The position numbers and the translations under genes were made by a program. The notes beneath the pieces were generated by a model. The model did no database searches. It was not told where the DNA came from and saw nothing but the letters and a program-made list of their open reading frames with translations. From Eledone cirrhosa (taxonomy: Eukaryota), in contig OZ024750.1 in NCBI GenBank assembly GCA_964016885.1, positions 6,696,001 through 6,760,000 of the forward strand: a stretch of 64,000 nt of DNA, read 5' to 3'. Shown here piece after piece: positions 43,928 to 56,784 of the stretch; the stretch's first letter is position 1, and every line of letters begins with the position of its first letter.

Positions 43928-45040
43928 TAGTGTTATAAGGTTGATGGCAGAAGATACTGCTGAAGTTGTTCAAGAAACTTCTAGAAAGTAGCACTTAGAA
44001 CATTATTAGGCCTCTACAGATAATATAAAAGATACAGCATATTATATTACAGATTTATTTAATCAATGTGAGGGGAAAACAGCCATTGAAATGATGGTGT
44101 TTATTATCATCATCATCATTTAACGTCCATTTTTAACCCTTTAGCATTTAAACCAGCCATATCCAGCTAGAATTCTCTCGCCTCTTTCTGTTCAAACCAG
44201 CCGTAACTGGCTGCAACTGGCCACTCATACCTACAATAAGGTATTGTCCTCAAAATGGATAATATCAACTGTCCAGCGATTCTCTCCTAAGACATTCTAA
44301 CCGTGAAATAAAGTCTTTACCATGAAAATATAATAGTATATATAGAGTAATGTAAATGCTAAAGGGTTAAACACTAGCATGGATTAGACAATTATAGTAT
44401 TTTTAATAAACTTAATAGATTTTGTTAATAATACAAGATGGCTACTGAGTACTGAACTGCTCAGTATAATGACTCCATTTATCTCACTCAACCTCGTTAT
44501 GAAATCAGCTTCATTTCCAAAATTTACAGTTGAATGCTTTTCAATTCAAGAAAAGGAAGTTAGCTGTCAAATAACTTACCCCAGCAACTCATTGCAATTT
44601 GTACTAAATTCTTTATTAAGCTCACTAATCTCACTCATCTGCTTCCAAACAGCTACCTCTACATAGTCAGGAAAGAAGTGAATTCCAGTCGGGTAATCAA
44701 CCAATATGTATACTTGTTCTAAAAATATAAATTAAATTTTTAAAACCCCACCAGCATATGGTAGTAAAAACAAAATGGAGGAGGACAAAAATACAATTTA
44801 AACATTGTACGTTAATGGAAACATTGGACGTTAAATGATGATGATGATGATGATAATAAACACCATCACTTCAATGGCTCTTTCCCCCTCACATTGATTA
44901 AATAAATCTGTAATATAATATGCTGTATCTTTCTTGAACTATATTATCTGTAGAGGCCTAATGTTCTAAGTGCTACTTTCTAGAAGTTTCTTGAACAATT
45001 TAAACAGAAGGTATCTTCTGCTATCAACCTTATAACACTA
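43928..45040. repeat. ~200-bp inverted duplication (43928-44129 / 44825-45040) with ~700-bp spacer
   Basis: e.g. TAGTGTTATAAGGTTGAT / ATCAACCTTATAACACTA and CAGCATATTATATTACAGATTTATTTAATCAATGTGAGGGG / its reverse complement. Confidence 0.92.
44137..44366 (-). mobile_element. Intact piggyBac-like MITE (230 bp)
   Basis: TTAA|CCCTTTAGCATTTA ... TAAATGCTAAAGGG|TTAA: perfect 14-bp TIRs and TTAA TSD. Confidence 0.9.
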
Positions 45041-46017
45041 ATAGAAACATTATCAAAACATTTTTATTAAAAGATTTTTAACAAAAAACAAAATATTTGG
45101 GGAATATTCAGGATCATTAAGAATTACTAAGGTCATTTGCTATCATCCTCTCTCTTCTATTTCAGTTCTCTGTGTCCTTTCATTCTTCTACATATTTTCT
45201 CATTATCTTGGCATTTTTACCAAACATGCATTACCGAGCTACCAAATAACCAAACTTATTTCCTTGTTGCATTTGTATCTCATACTCCACAACACTTCAA
45301 GCAAACAACAACATCTAATTAAATACAAAAATATATTCTACAGTTTATTAGAACTTGCTAGAAAACAGAGAGAAGAGATCTCCAGCTTTTGGATTTATCA
45401 TATCCATTCTAAGATTGATGGAAAATTTAGCTCTTCACTTTTGACTTGTAAAATAATTATATAGTATGTTATATAGTTTTAATTTTTTGAGAATGAATAT
45501 TTTCTGGTATAATAAATGGGAAAATGGACGTAAAAGCAAGAAAAAAAAAAAATAGGCAACAAACAAAAAGCAATAAATACCACTCTTATCAATAAACTCT
45601 GAAGGCATCATTAATAATAATCATTATTAATACTATTATTATTATTATTATGAAAATAATAATAATTCTATCATTATTGTAAGACTTAATGGAAATTAGT
45701 TTTACGAATGTCAAAAATGGGAATTTTAAATTTTAATGCTTTCATCATATCATCAATGAAATGGGTTTAAAACTCTTGAAATTTGAAATGGAGACTCTTC
45801 AAGCAACAATTTTTACAAGCAATATATATTCTTGTACATGTGTGCATATATACATTCAGCCACATACACAGATATATATATATATGTTTGTGTGTCTGTG
45901 TGTATGTGTATATACACACTCATATACATACATATATATATACGTCAGCAGGGAAAGTAATGTAAAATGCTGATGATATTATACATTTACATACACAAGT
46001 ACATACACAGACCCCCC

Positions 46018-46054
<37 letters not shown>

Positions 46055-46472
46055 GCATGCGCACATGCACACACACATACACATATATCATCATCATCAT
46101 CATCACTATGTGTTTTCCATTCTGGTATGAGTTAGATAGGATGTCATGTTCTGAGATTTGATAGGTCAGCTGACAACATCTTGCTTATACATTCCATTCC
46201 CACATGTTTCTATGGCTAAATGTCTTTTCTAAAGCCAACCACTTTACACCATGTACTGGGTATATTCTTTCATGGCCCTAGCATTACCATGTTATAGAAG
46301 TATAGCTACGGGGTTAAAGCAAAATTGCATTGCAACCACCTGGTCTTAGGTTCTATCCCGCTATATGGAACATTGATCAAATGTCTTTTCCTGTAGCCTC
46401 AGATAGGTCAACATCTAGTGAGGGAATTTGGTAGATAAAAACTGTTATATATATATATATATATATATATAT

Positions 46473-46660
46473 AACGAAGGATGTGTGGTAAGGAACCAGG
46501 TGGACTATAACGCACCAAAGTACTCGATACTATGGGTAGTAGAGTAGGTAATAGGAAAAGGTTCAGAACCCCGATGGCTGAGTTCCAGCCATTTCGACAA
46601 CTATTTCTGAACTGTCGAAACAGCCAGAGCTCAGCTGACGGGGTCCTGACTCTTTTCCTA
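46473..46660. mobile_element. Fold-back (TA)n-flanked element, family C (also 55665-55777, 56575-56682, 58127-58188)
   Basis: Imperfect inverted arms TAGGAAAAG...TTTCGACA / TGTCGAAA...CTTTTCCTA; tail shares the TACTCT...TAT(C/T)GAGTAC motif with family A. Confidence 0.65.
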
Positions 46661-47004
46661 TACATATATATGTGTGTGTGTGTGTGTATTAAGAATAAGC
46701 AATGAAGTATGATTTTTGTTGTGACGCCAAATCAGATTGATGTTGGAGTCAAGTCCGTAGCATCCACGTGTGACCTTGAGCCAATCATCTGTGAAACATC
46801 TGTAACAGGTTGATAATCAACAAAATGATGTAAACGAAAGTTCATCCCTTTTTTTAATATATACACTCTGCTTGTGCATTGAGAGCTCATATTGGTACCC
46901 CCTCCAGTAAATCACGAAATCCCTATACATTTTTTTCAATTTTTTTTCTGTTCCTTCTTCTTCTCACTCTCTTTCTTTCTATTTCATCTGTTATTTCTCA
47001 TTCT

Positions 47005-47042
47005 ATCTTCTGATGAAGGACTAGTGTCCGAAATGTTAAGAT
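47005..47042 (+). ncRNA. Minimal hammerhead motif, family B (sense strand of intron E-F)
   Basis: AUCUU-CUGAUGA-A GGAC UAGU GUCC-GAAA-UG-UU|AAGAU: perfect 5-bp stem I and 4-bp stem II. Confidence 0.75.
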
Positions 47043-47121
47043 TCTTTTATTATTATTTCAAGCGTTAAACTAATATATTTCTTCATTGAACTGTGTCATC
47101 TGCTTTGGTATTTCTGTTTAC

Positions 47122-47212
<91 letters not shown>

Positions 47213-48029
47213 GAGTATATAGTGTATTTTATGCATACACATACAAGTACACTTACAGTAACCTACATTTACAACATATACACATATACATATACACACA
47301 TACATATTCACACATACATATTCACACACATATAGTTATGTATATGATAATGAGTATACATTCTATGAAAAGATATTTGTATCTATATACACATAGTTAC
47401 TTAAATGCATACATATGAATGTATACATTTAAATACTTGTACAGTATATATGAATATATACATTTAAATACATATACAATACATGTGAATGTATATATTT
47501 AAGTATGTTTGTTTGTGTACACATGAATGCATGTGTGTAGGTATACTTTTTAAATACTTTAAACTAACTCAAGTATTTATCCTGAATGTTAAATAAATAA
47601 TTCCAAGATCTTATATCGATAAAATGAATCATTCTGACTATAAAATATTCACGTTCCATTGAAAGAAATTAATTCAACGAACAACAGATTTTCATCTACC
47701 TCTCTTAGCTAACTTCGTCTCCCCTCATTTTATTTCCATCTACCTCTCATAGCGCCATCTTCTTCCTTCATGTTATTTTCATTTACCTCTCATAGCTAGC
47801 TCCATCTTCTTCCCTCATGTTATATTTATATGTTTATCTATATATATTTATATAGTTTATTTACTCAATTCTTAACTTTCATATGAAGCAGTTATTTTGC
47901 AATGTGAAAATTTATATGGCTGCTCAAGAAAAAGAAAGAAAGCTTCTACTGGCATAAATCACAAGATGACATTTCAATCAATATTGGAAAAATAGATGCA
48001 GTTTATATACACACGTGTGTATATATTTG

Positions 48030-48088
<59 letters not shown>

Positions 48089-48307
48089 TATATATATATA
48101 AAATGTATGTATATATATATATATATGTATGTATGTATATATATATATATGTGTATGTATATGTATATATGTATATATATGGCAATGTATATATATATAT
48201 ATCAGCAACATCATCACCATCATCACCATTTAAATGGACGTTAAACGGTGATGATGAGGATGATATATATGTATGTGTGTATGTATGTGTGTGTGTGTAT
48301 GTATATG

Positions 48308-48368
<61 letters not shown>

Positions 48369-48377
48369 GATATACAT

Positions 48378-48425
<48 letters not shown>

Positions 48426-48434
48426 GATATACAT

Positions 48435-48474
<40 letters not shown>

Positions 48475-48483
48475 GATATACAT

Positions 48484-48517
<34 letters not shown>

Positions 48518-48977
48518 CCTGCTTTAAACAAATTTTCAAAGCTTCTACTTATATAATTGAGTGCTTATGAAATATATATAATCAATGCAAGCATGAGAAA
48601 AATGGATGTAAATTGATGATATACATATATATATGTGTATGCGAGTGTGTTTATGGATGTATCCGTGTGTGTATGTATATGTGTGTGTGTCTGAGTGCAT
48701 GTGTGTGTGTGTAAATAAATAGTGTAAAAACAAACAAAAAAGATACAATTGGTTTTCTTCAAATTTTATATTTGCAGAGAAAAATAAGCATTTATCTTGT
48801 TATTGGTTGACAAAGTCCCATTTACTATAACTACGATGAATATATGGCTAGAGTTTGGTTTCTTTATTTCACAAAATACGCATAAATATCTAGGATATCT
48901 GATTGAAAACTGGTTACGATTTTAGAATATTGAACTTACCACAGTCAAAGAAATGCTGGTTCATTTTTTAACACTTG

Positions 48978-50300
48978 CATTCTATACTACTCTAATAGAG
49001 TTACATTCTATACTACTCTGATAGAGTTACATTCTATACTACTCTAATAGAGTTACATTCTATATTACTCTGATAGAGTTACATTCTATACTACTCTAAT
49101 AGAGTTACATTCTATACTACTCTGATAGAGTTACATTCTATATTACTCTAATAGAGTTACATTCTATACTACTCTAATAGAGTTACATTCTATATTACTC
49201 TAATAGAGTTACATTCTATACTACTCTAATAGAGTTACATTCTATACTACTCTGATAGAGTTACATTCTATACTACTCTGATAGAGTTACATTCTATACT
49301 ACTCTAATAGAGTTACATTCTATATTACTCTGATAGAGTTACATTCTATATTACTCTGATAGAGTTACATTCTATATTACTCTGATAGAGTTACATTCTA
49401 TACTACTCTAATAGAGTTACATTCTATACTACTCTAATAGAGTTACATTCTATACTACTCTGATAGAGTTACATTCTATATTACTCTAATAGAGTTACAT
49501 TCTATATTACTCTGATAGAGTTACATTCTATATTACTCTGATAGAGTTACATTCTATACTACTCTAATAGAGTTACATTCTATACTACTCTAATAGAGTT
49601 ACATTCTATACTACTCTAATAGAGTTACATTCTATACTACTCTAATAGAGTTACATTCTATACTACTCTGATAGAGTTACATTCTATACTACTCTGATAG
49701 AGTTACATTCTATACTACTCTGATAGAGTTACATTCTATATTACTCTAATAGAGTTACATTCTATACTACTCTGATAGAGTTACATTCTCTACTACTCTG
49801 ATAGAGTTACATTCTATATTACTTTGATAGAGTTACATTCTATACTACTCTAATAGAGTTACATTCTATACTACTCTGATAGAGTTACATTCTATACTAC
49901 TCTGATAGAGTTACATTCTATACTACTCTGATAGAGTTACATTCTATATTACTCTAATAGAGTTACATTCTATACTACTCTGATAGAGTTACATTCTATA
50001 CTACTCTGATAGAGTTACATTCTATATTACTTTGATAGAGTTACATTCTATATTACTCTAATAGAGTTACATTCTATATTACTTTGATAGAGTTACATTC
50101 TATATTACTCTAATAGAGTTACATTCTATATTACTTTGATAGAGTTACATTCTATATTACTCTAATAGAGTTACATTCTATACTACTCTGATAGAGTTAC
50201 ATTCTATATTACTCTGATAGAGTTACATTCTATATTACTCTGATAGAGTTACATTCTATATTACTCTAATAGAGTTACATTCTATATTACTCTGATTGAG
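48978..50300. repeat. 1.3-kb 26-bp satellite (ACATTCTATA[C/T]TACTCT[A/G]ATAGAGTT)n
   Basis: About 51 units with two dimorphic positions; internal hairpin ACTCT-NAT-AGAGT. Confidence 0.96.
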
Positions 50301-50624
50301 TCAACACATATGGTGTTGTGTTTTGGATGTTTTGTTTAGGATAGTAAGATCATGGGTTTGATTTGATTCATGATAGGAGGTGTTGTGTCCTTGAGCAAGA
50401 TACTTTATTTCACATTGTTGCAGTTCACAAAAACTAGTTCAAAAGGGCAGCTTTGTCACACACTGCATTATACTGAATCTCCCTGAGGAAAATATCAGAA
50501 GTGATGTGATTAGCTTTCAAGATCTTAGTCATCACAGATGCAAAGAAAGAGGATGAGAGTGTGTAGACAAATTCTCTGTAGCAGATTCACTCAACTTTTA
50601 TCAGGAAGGGGGAAAAAATGAATT

Positions 50625-51350
50625 AATGTCATAGGTTCGATTCCTGGACTGGGTTGTGTGTTGAGTTCTTGAGCAAGACACTTCATTTCACATTGCTTCA
50701 GTACAGTGGTTCCCAGAGTGGGTTTCACGGAACCCAGGGGTTCCAACAAAGGACTGTCTGTTGTTCTGTGAAAAAAAGTAGAGGAGTATATTTATATTAT
50801 GACCATATAACAGTATTAGACTTTGGGGTGTCCCTAAATGTTTCTGAACCAAAAAGGGTTCTGCATTTGAAAATGTTTAGGAAACCCTGTTCTAGTGTAC
50901 TCAACTGAAAATGAGTACCAGCAACAATAGCTGGAAGGTTAACTCTGCAATGGACTGGCATCCTGTCCAGGGTAGGTAGGGAGTCTTGTACTCTCAATTG
51001 AAAATGAGTACCACTAGCACTAGCTGGGAGGTTAACTCTGCAATGGACTGGCATCCTGTCCAGGGGTAGGTAGGGAGTCTTGTACCCTCAATTGAAAATG
51101 AGTACCACTAGCACTAGCTGGGAGGTTAACTCTGCAATGGACTAGCATCCTGTCCAGGGTAGGCGGGGAGTCTTGTACTCTCAATTGAAAATGAGTACCA
51201 CTAGCACTAGCTGGAAGGTTAACCCTGCAATAGACTGGCATCCTGTCCAGGAGTAGGCGGGAAGTCTTGTACCCTCAATTGCTTAACACCACAGAAACTG
51301 GAATAAACCCTAACCTGCCGAGTCTCCAAACTCGACACAGACTTTCAACT
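50625..51350 (+). mobile_element. Meta-like SINE with four tandem ~93-bp internal units, interrupted by a hAT-like MITE
   Basis: GAAAATGAGTACC recurs at ~50907, 51000, 51094, 51187; homologous to 43538-43818. Confidence 0.8.
50704..50889. mobile_element. hAT-like MITE nested in a SINE
   Basis: Ends CAGTGGTTCCCAGA ... TTTAGGAAACCCTG; degenerate 8-bp TSD CTTCAGTA/TTCTAGTG; SINE resumes after the insert. Confidence 0.65.
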
Positions 51351-51845
51351 TAGAGTGTACCACTAGAAACTACTCTAATCTCCTATAACTACCCCCACCA
51401 CCTCCTTCAATTTACTCAATGCTGTGCTCCAAGTAATCATTATTTTTAATGTAATGTAACTTCCGACAAGTAACTAATGTAATGTAACATCAAAGATATC
51501 CTTGTGAATGAATGTGACAGGACAAAATCCTCTCCGAGCATCTCATCACTTTATTTTCACAGCCAAATACATTGCTCCTTGTTAGAGACTACATTTTAAA
51601 TTTACTCCCTTTTTACTGAGGACTAAATTATGTCCCCCAATTTTATAGTGAAATATCACAAACTCTGTGTACATCTGACAGACACACAGACAGTTAGAAT
51701 TTTCACACAACTAGCTACCTATACACACATGCACACACATATATATACACACACACACATAAATAAATAAATATATATATATATATATGTTTGTATGTGT
51801 GTCTATATATATATGTTTGTATGTACTTATATATATGTATAAGTA

Positions 51846-51910
<65 letters not shown>

Positions 51911-52030
51911 AATATAGATATACATATATACAAATATATATTATATATATATACATTATATATATATACACTATATATATATTATATTTTGTTTATATAT
52001 ATCAACATCATCATTTAACGGCCATCTTCC

Positions 52031-52337
<307 letters not shown>

Positions 52338-52606
52338 AATTACTAGTAGCAGGAATTAGGTTGTCAACATGTTAGTCAGGCTATAAAAAGCAACATGATG
52401 CCAACAGTATCTGTTACCACAGAATTTCCAGAACATTCCATATGAACCCTTTTCTCCCTTCTGTTTGTCTGTTACTACCCCTACCCACCCCTCCACCCTT
52501 CGTCTTCCTTTCACCAATCTCCATAAATAACAACAGAAACTCTATGAATTCATTCAATGTGTGACTTTTGGTATAACTTTATAGTGTTGTGGTTTGTTTG
52601 TTTGTT

Positions 52607-53428
52607 AGGTTGGTTGGTTGGTTGGTTGGTTGGTTGGTTGGTTGGTTGGCTGGTTGGCTGGTTGGTTGGTTGGTTGGTTGGCTGGTTGGCTGGTTGGTTG
52701 GTTGGTTGGTTGGCTGGTTGGTTGGTTGGCTGGTTGGTTGGTTGGTTGGTTGGTTGGTTGGTTGGCTGGTTGGTTGGTTGGCTGGTTGGTTGGTTGGTTG
52801 GTTGGTTGGCTGGTTGGCTGGTTGGTTGGTTGGTTGGCTGGTTGGTTGGTTGGTTGGCTGGTTGGCTGGTTGGTTGGTTGGTTGGTTGGCTGGTTGGTTG
52901 GTTGGTTGGTTGGCTGGTTAGTTGGTTGGTTGGTTGGTTGGTTGGTTGGCTGGTTGGTTGGCTGGTTGGTTGGTTGGTTTTTGGTTGGTTGGCTGGTTGG
53001 TTTTTGGTTGGTTGGCTGGTTGGTTTTTGGTTGGTTGGTTGGCTGGTTGGTTGGTTGGTTGACTGGTTGGCTGGTTGTTTTTGGTTGGTTGGTTGGCTGG
53101 TTGGTTGGTTGGTTGGTTGGCTGGTTGGTTGGTTGGTTGGCTGGTTGGTTGGTTGGCTGTTTGGTTGGTTGGTTGGTTGGCTGGTTGCCTGGTTGGTTGG
53201 TTGGCTGGTTGGTTGGTTGGCTGGTTGGTTGGTTGGTTGGTTGGCTGGTTGGTTGGCTGGTTGGTTGGTTGGTTGGCTGGTTGGTTTTTGATTGGTTGGT
53301 TGGTTGGCCGGTTGGTTGGTTGGTTGGTTGGTTGGTTTTTGGTTGGTTGGCTGGTTGGTTGGTTGGTTGGCTGATTGGCTGGTTGGTTGGCTGGTTGGTT
53401 GGTTGGTTGGCTGGTTGGTTGGTTGGTG
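52607..53428. repeat. (GGTT/GGCT)n tetranucleotide array, ~820 bp
   Basis: Directly visible; gives the LVGW ORFs. Confidence 0.96.
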
Positions 53429-54816
53429 GGCTGTAAAATGTTGATTTTGGGGCAGTTTTGGAAACTTCAGTTAGGGATTAAAAAGCTTAAAAATAGTCAT
53501 GTTGATGATGATGATGATGATGACAATGATGATGATGTCAACGTGTATGAAAATGATGACGGCGATGATGATGATGATGATGTTGTTCTTTATCTCTCCC
53601 CTATACCCCTTTATTTTTCTTCTCTTCCCACTTTATCCATCTCTCTTATTTTATCATCACCATGATATATAAAAATAGAAAACACCCCAGTCAAATGTGT
53701 CGGGTGTTTGTTGCTCTGCCGAGCTATTCACTCTTTAAATTATTCTCACCCTCCACTGAATCAATCTGCTGAAAGAAAAGATACACAAAATCTTCTTATT
53801 TTATTTATTCATTTCTTAAGATTGTTTTATTTTCATGCAATGTTGTTGTTGTTTTTTAGAATGAAGGGTCAGGGGGTCTTTCATAGATTTTCGTGTTTTT
53901 TTTTTGTGTGTGTGTGTGTGGGGGGGGGGGGGGGGTTCTGATAAGATTTTTTCGGTAAATTGAAACCAGTCAGTCAGTAGAAGACGGATGTTCATTCTTT
54001 TCTTATCGATTGACCTTTAAAATATAAACTGTTTTGCAACTACTCAGAGAAAGAATTCGCCATCATTAAAAAATTCCCTATTATATAAACAAAAGATATC
54101 TTTAATTTCTTGTAATTTTTGTCTCTAATTCAGATAAATATTTAGGCTAAATTATCAACCAGGCCAGTATATTTAATACATAAATCTATACATAGGGTGG
54201 AAGAATGTGTGTATGTGTGTGTGTGTGTGTGAGTGTGTGTGTATGTGTGAATGTGTGTGTATGTGTAAGTGTGTGAGTGTATGTGTGAGTGTGTATGTAT
54301 GTGTAAGTGTAATAGTGTGTGTATATGAGTGTGAGTGTGTGTCTGTATAACATTTAATAGATGTTAGTTGGATTTCTTTTAACCCTTTCATTGTCATATT
54401 TCTAATAAAATATTCTACCAGTGAGTTTAAATTAATTCTAAAAATAACGAACATTTTGAAGAATTCAATAAAAAAAAGCAGACTTTTTAAAATTAATTTT
54501 TGGCGGGGTTCTTGTTTATTTCTTTTTTGTTTGTGTGTGTGTGTGGGGGGGGGGGGGGGGGGGGGGGGGCTTTACTTGAAAGTTTTTACAGAAAATGATG
54601 AAGGAAGGTTATAATATAAATAGGAACTCTTGGAAAGAGGCAGTTTCAGACAGTTTTACATGGAAAAGGTTAAATCATTTCTGCCTGATTAACTGAGAGA
54701 AGACATGCTGAGTTAACTGAAGATATACTTACTTTCTTCTATATTTCATATTTCATATTTTATTTTTTTGTCTTCTACATTCATTCATTTATCATATGAT
54801 TGTGTGTCTATATATA

Positions 54817-54900
54817 CAGGATGTCTCAAAAAATGTATACACATTTCAACAGCATTCTAATAAATATTACCTGTACATGTAATCATGTGGGGACACCTTC
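54817..54900. mobile_element. Small Tc1/mariner-type MITE remnant
   Basis: TA|CAGGATGTCTCAAAAAATGTATACAC ... GGGACACCTTC|TA imperfect TIRs. Confidence 0.5.
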
Positions 54901-54942
54901 TATATCATCATCATAATCATCATCATGGCAGCAAAACAATGT

Positions 54943-54993
<51 letters not shown>

Positions 54994-54994
<1 letters not shown>

Positions 54995-55283
54995 TAGCTG
55001 AGGTACCCAGTAATAATTGAAATTTGCTGAAATTTTGTGAATAGGGATCATATCTTGTCATTTACCTATGGTTTAAATTTCATATAAATCGAAGGGAAAA
55101 ATTAAACGGGGTTTCTCAGCAGGAGTTTGAACCCCTGGCGAACCCTTTGATTAAAATGACATATACGTAAGAAATCAAATGGGCATGAGCCCCAAACACG
55201 TGTCAAGTTTCATCAAGATCTGATTGGTAGTTTTTTAGTTTTAGGTTCACAAACAGACAGAAATTACCATTTATGTATATAGA
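54994..55283 (-). mobile_element. Non-autonomous Helitron-like element
   Basis: Minus strand begins A|TC, ends CTAG|T; internal AAGTTTCATCAAGATC and ACAGACAG motifs typical of small Lep1-like Helitrons. Confidence 0.6.
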
Positions 55284-55607
55284 TATATATACAGACACTC
55301 AGAAACCAAGCCAGAGTCAGTGCTGTATGAAGAAGATATAGTCATTTCATCTAGCTTGCCTCAAAATAGGGCAACTTGTATAACCCATGCTAGCATGGAA
55401 AGGTGGATTGTATCTTGTTCATACAGAACTGTTTCCGGCTGTGTTTCTACAGCTGGCTACCCTTCCTAATGCCAACCCCATTTACAGTGTGGATGGGGTA
55501 CATTTTATCATGGCACCAAGATGACCACTTTCCAATGTTGACTGGACATATTTTGCCATGTCTGCTACACACACACTCACACTCACACACATCCACACAC
55601 ATATACA

Positions 55608-55666
<59 letters not shown>

Positions 55667-55772
55667 CGAAGGAGGTGTGGTAAGGAACCAGATGGACCAT
55701 AACGCACCAGAGTACTCAATACTTAGGGTAGTAGAGTGGGTAATAGGTAAAAGTGCCATCGGAGTCATACTT

Positions 55773-55812
<40 letters not shown>

Positions 55813-55864
55813 GTTATTCCGGGTTGAATCGGAGGTAACCACAGTAAGTAAGGTACTCAATACT

Positions 55865-55913
55865 GATTCCTGATGATTTCTAATGAATGAAACAGTTCTA
55901 GTCCTGTAGAATC
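55865..55913 (+). ncRNA. Type I hammerhead ribozyme motif, family A (sense strand of intron E-F)
   Basis: GAUUC-CUGAUGA(55870-55876)-U UUC UAAU GAA U-GAAA(55889-55892)-CAG UUCUAGUC CUG-UA|GAAUC; predicted cleavage after 55908. Confidence 0.82.
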
Positions 55914-55926
55914 TCATCTATATTAA

Positions 55927-55996
<70 letters not shown>

Positions 55997-56574
55997 CTTT
56001 GATGCTTTTGATCTTATCATCAGCAACACAAACCTCACGAACCCAGCCAGCCACCTGATTACCTACCAATCAGGTGAAAATGCCAGCCAGATAGCCAAAT
56101 ATCCAACTAGACATTATTCTTATCAGGTAACAAAGGAGTTGAATGACCATAAAGTCTTTCCCCGGAGTAGAATGTACTTTCCAACACAAACGAGTCAGCA
56201 GTTACTTTTAAATTAAAGGTCATATTCTTCAGGTGTGCCAAAGGCAAGACAACCTCCCTAGTGTTGGTGCTAAGACTAATTACACCCATCACAGTCGGTA
56301 GAGTGCAGAAGTGCATGTGAGTGAGATGCAGCACCCCACACCCTCTAACTCATCTGCGAGGTCATTAACTTTAAGTACTCACTTGGCCTGTGATGATCCA
56401 TCCAATCTTTGCTAGCAGGAAAAACAGAGTAAATGACAATAATGATGATATATATATGTAGGTTCTCCTACTGGCAGGTTTAGCTACCCCCTTCCCCCAC
56501 TAATTTGCCATCACAGAATTACTACTAACTTGTGACCAATCCTTGTGACAATCACTTTGACCATATATGGAATT

Positions 56575-56668
56575 ACCCCTTGAGAAGCTCAGCTATTTAA
56601 ATACCAGGATAAATTTTCATTTAGTCCAGAATTAGCCGTCGGAACGGCTTGAGCTCAGCCGTCGGGGT
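56575..56668 (+). ncRNA. Decayed hammerhead with long stem II insert, family C
   Basis: ACCCC-UUGAGAA-[~54 nt, CAGCUAUUU...AAUUAGCCG]-GGAA-CGGCU UGAGCUC AGCCG-UC|GGGGU; stems I and III perfect, core mutated; sibling at 46617 retains GAAA. Confidence 0.55.
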
Positions 56669-56680
56669 CTTACTGGTTCC

Positions 56681-56784
<104 letters not shown>

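Noticed and set aside
36686-50300. CRISPR-like appearance of the 17/19-bp and 26-bp arrays
   Set aside because: Contiguous tandem units with no unique spacers, eukaryotic intron context, no cas genes.
52557-53436. LVGW-repeat membrane-like ORFs
   Set aside because: Translation of the (GGTT)n tetranucleotide array.
55995-56030. Minus-strand CUGAUGA next to a (TA)n tract
   Set aside because: No GAAA (reads AAAA) and no clear stems; at best a very decayed motif.
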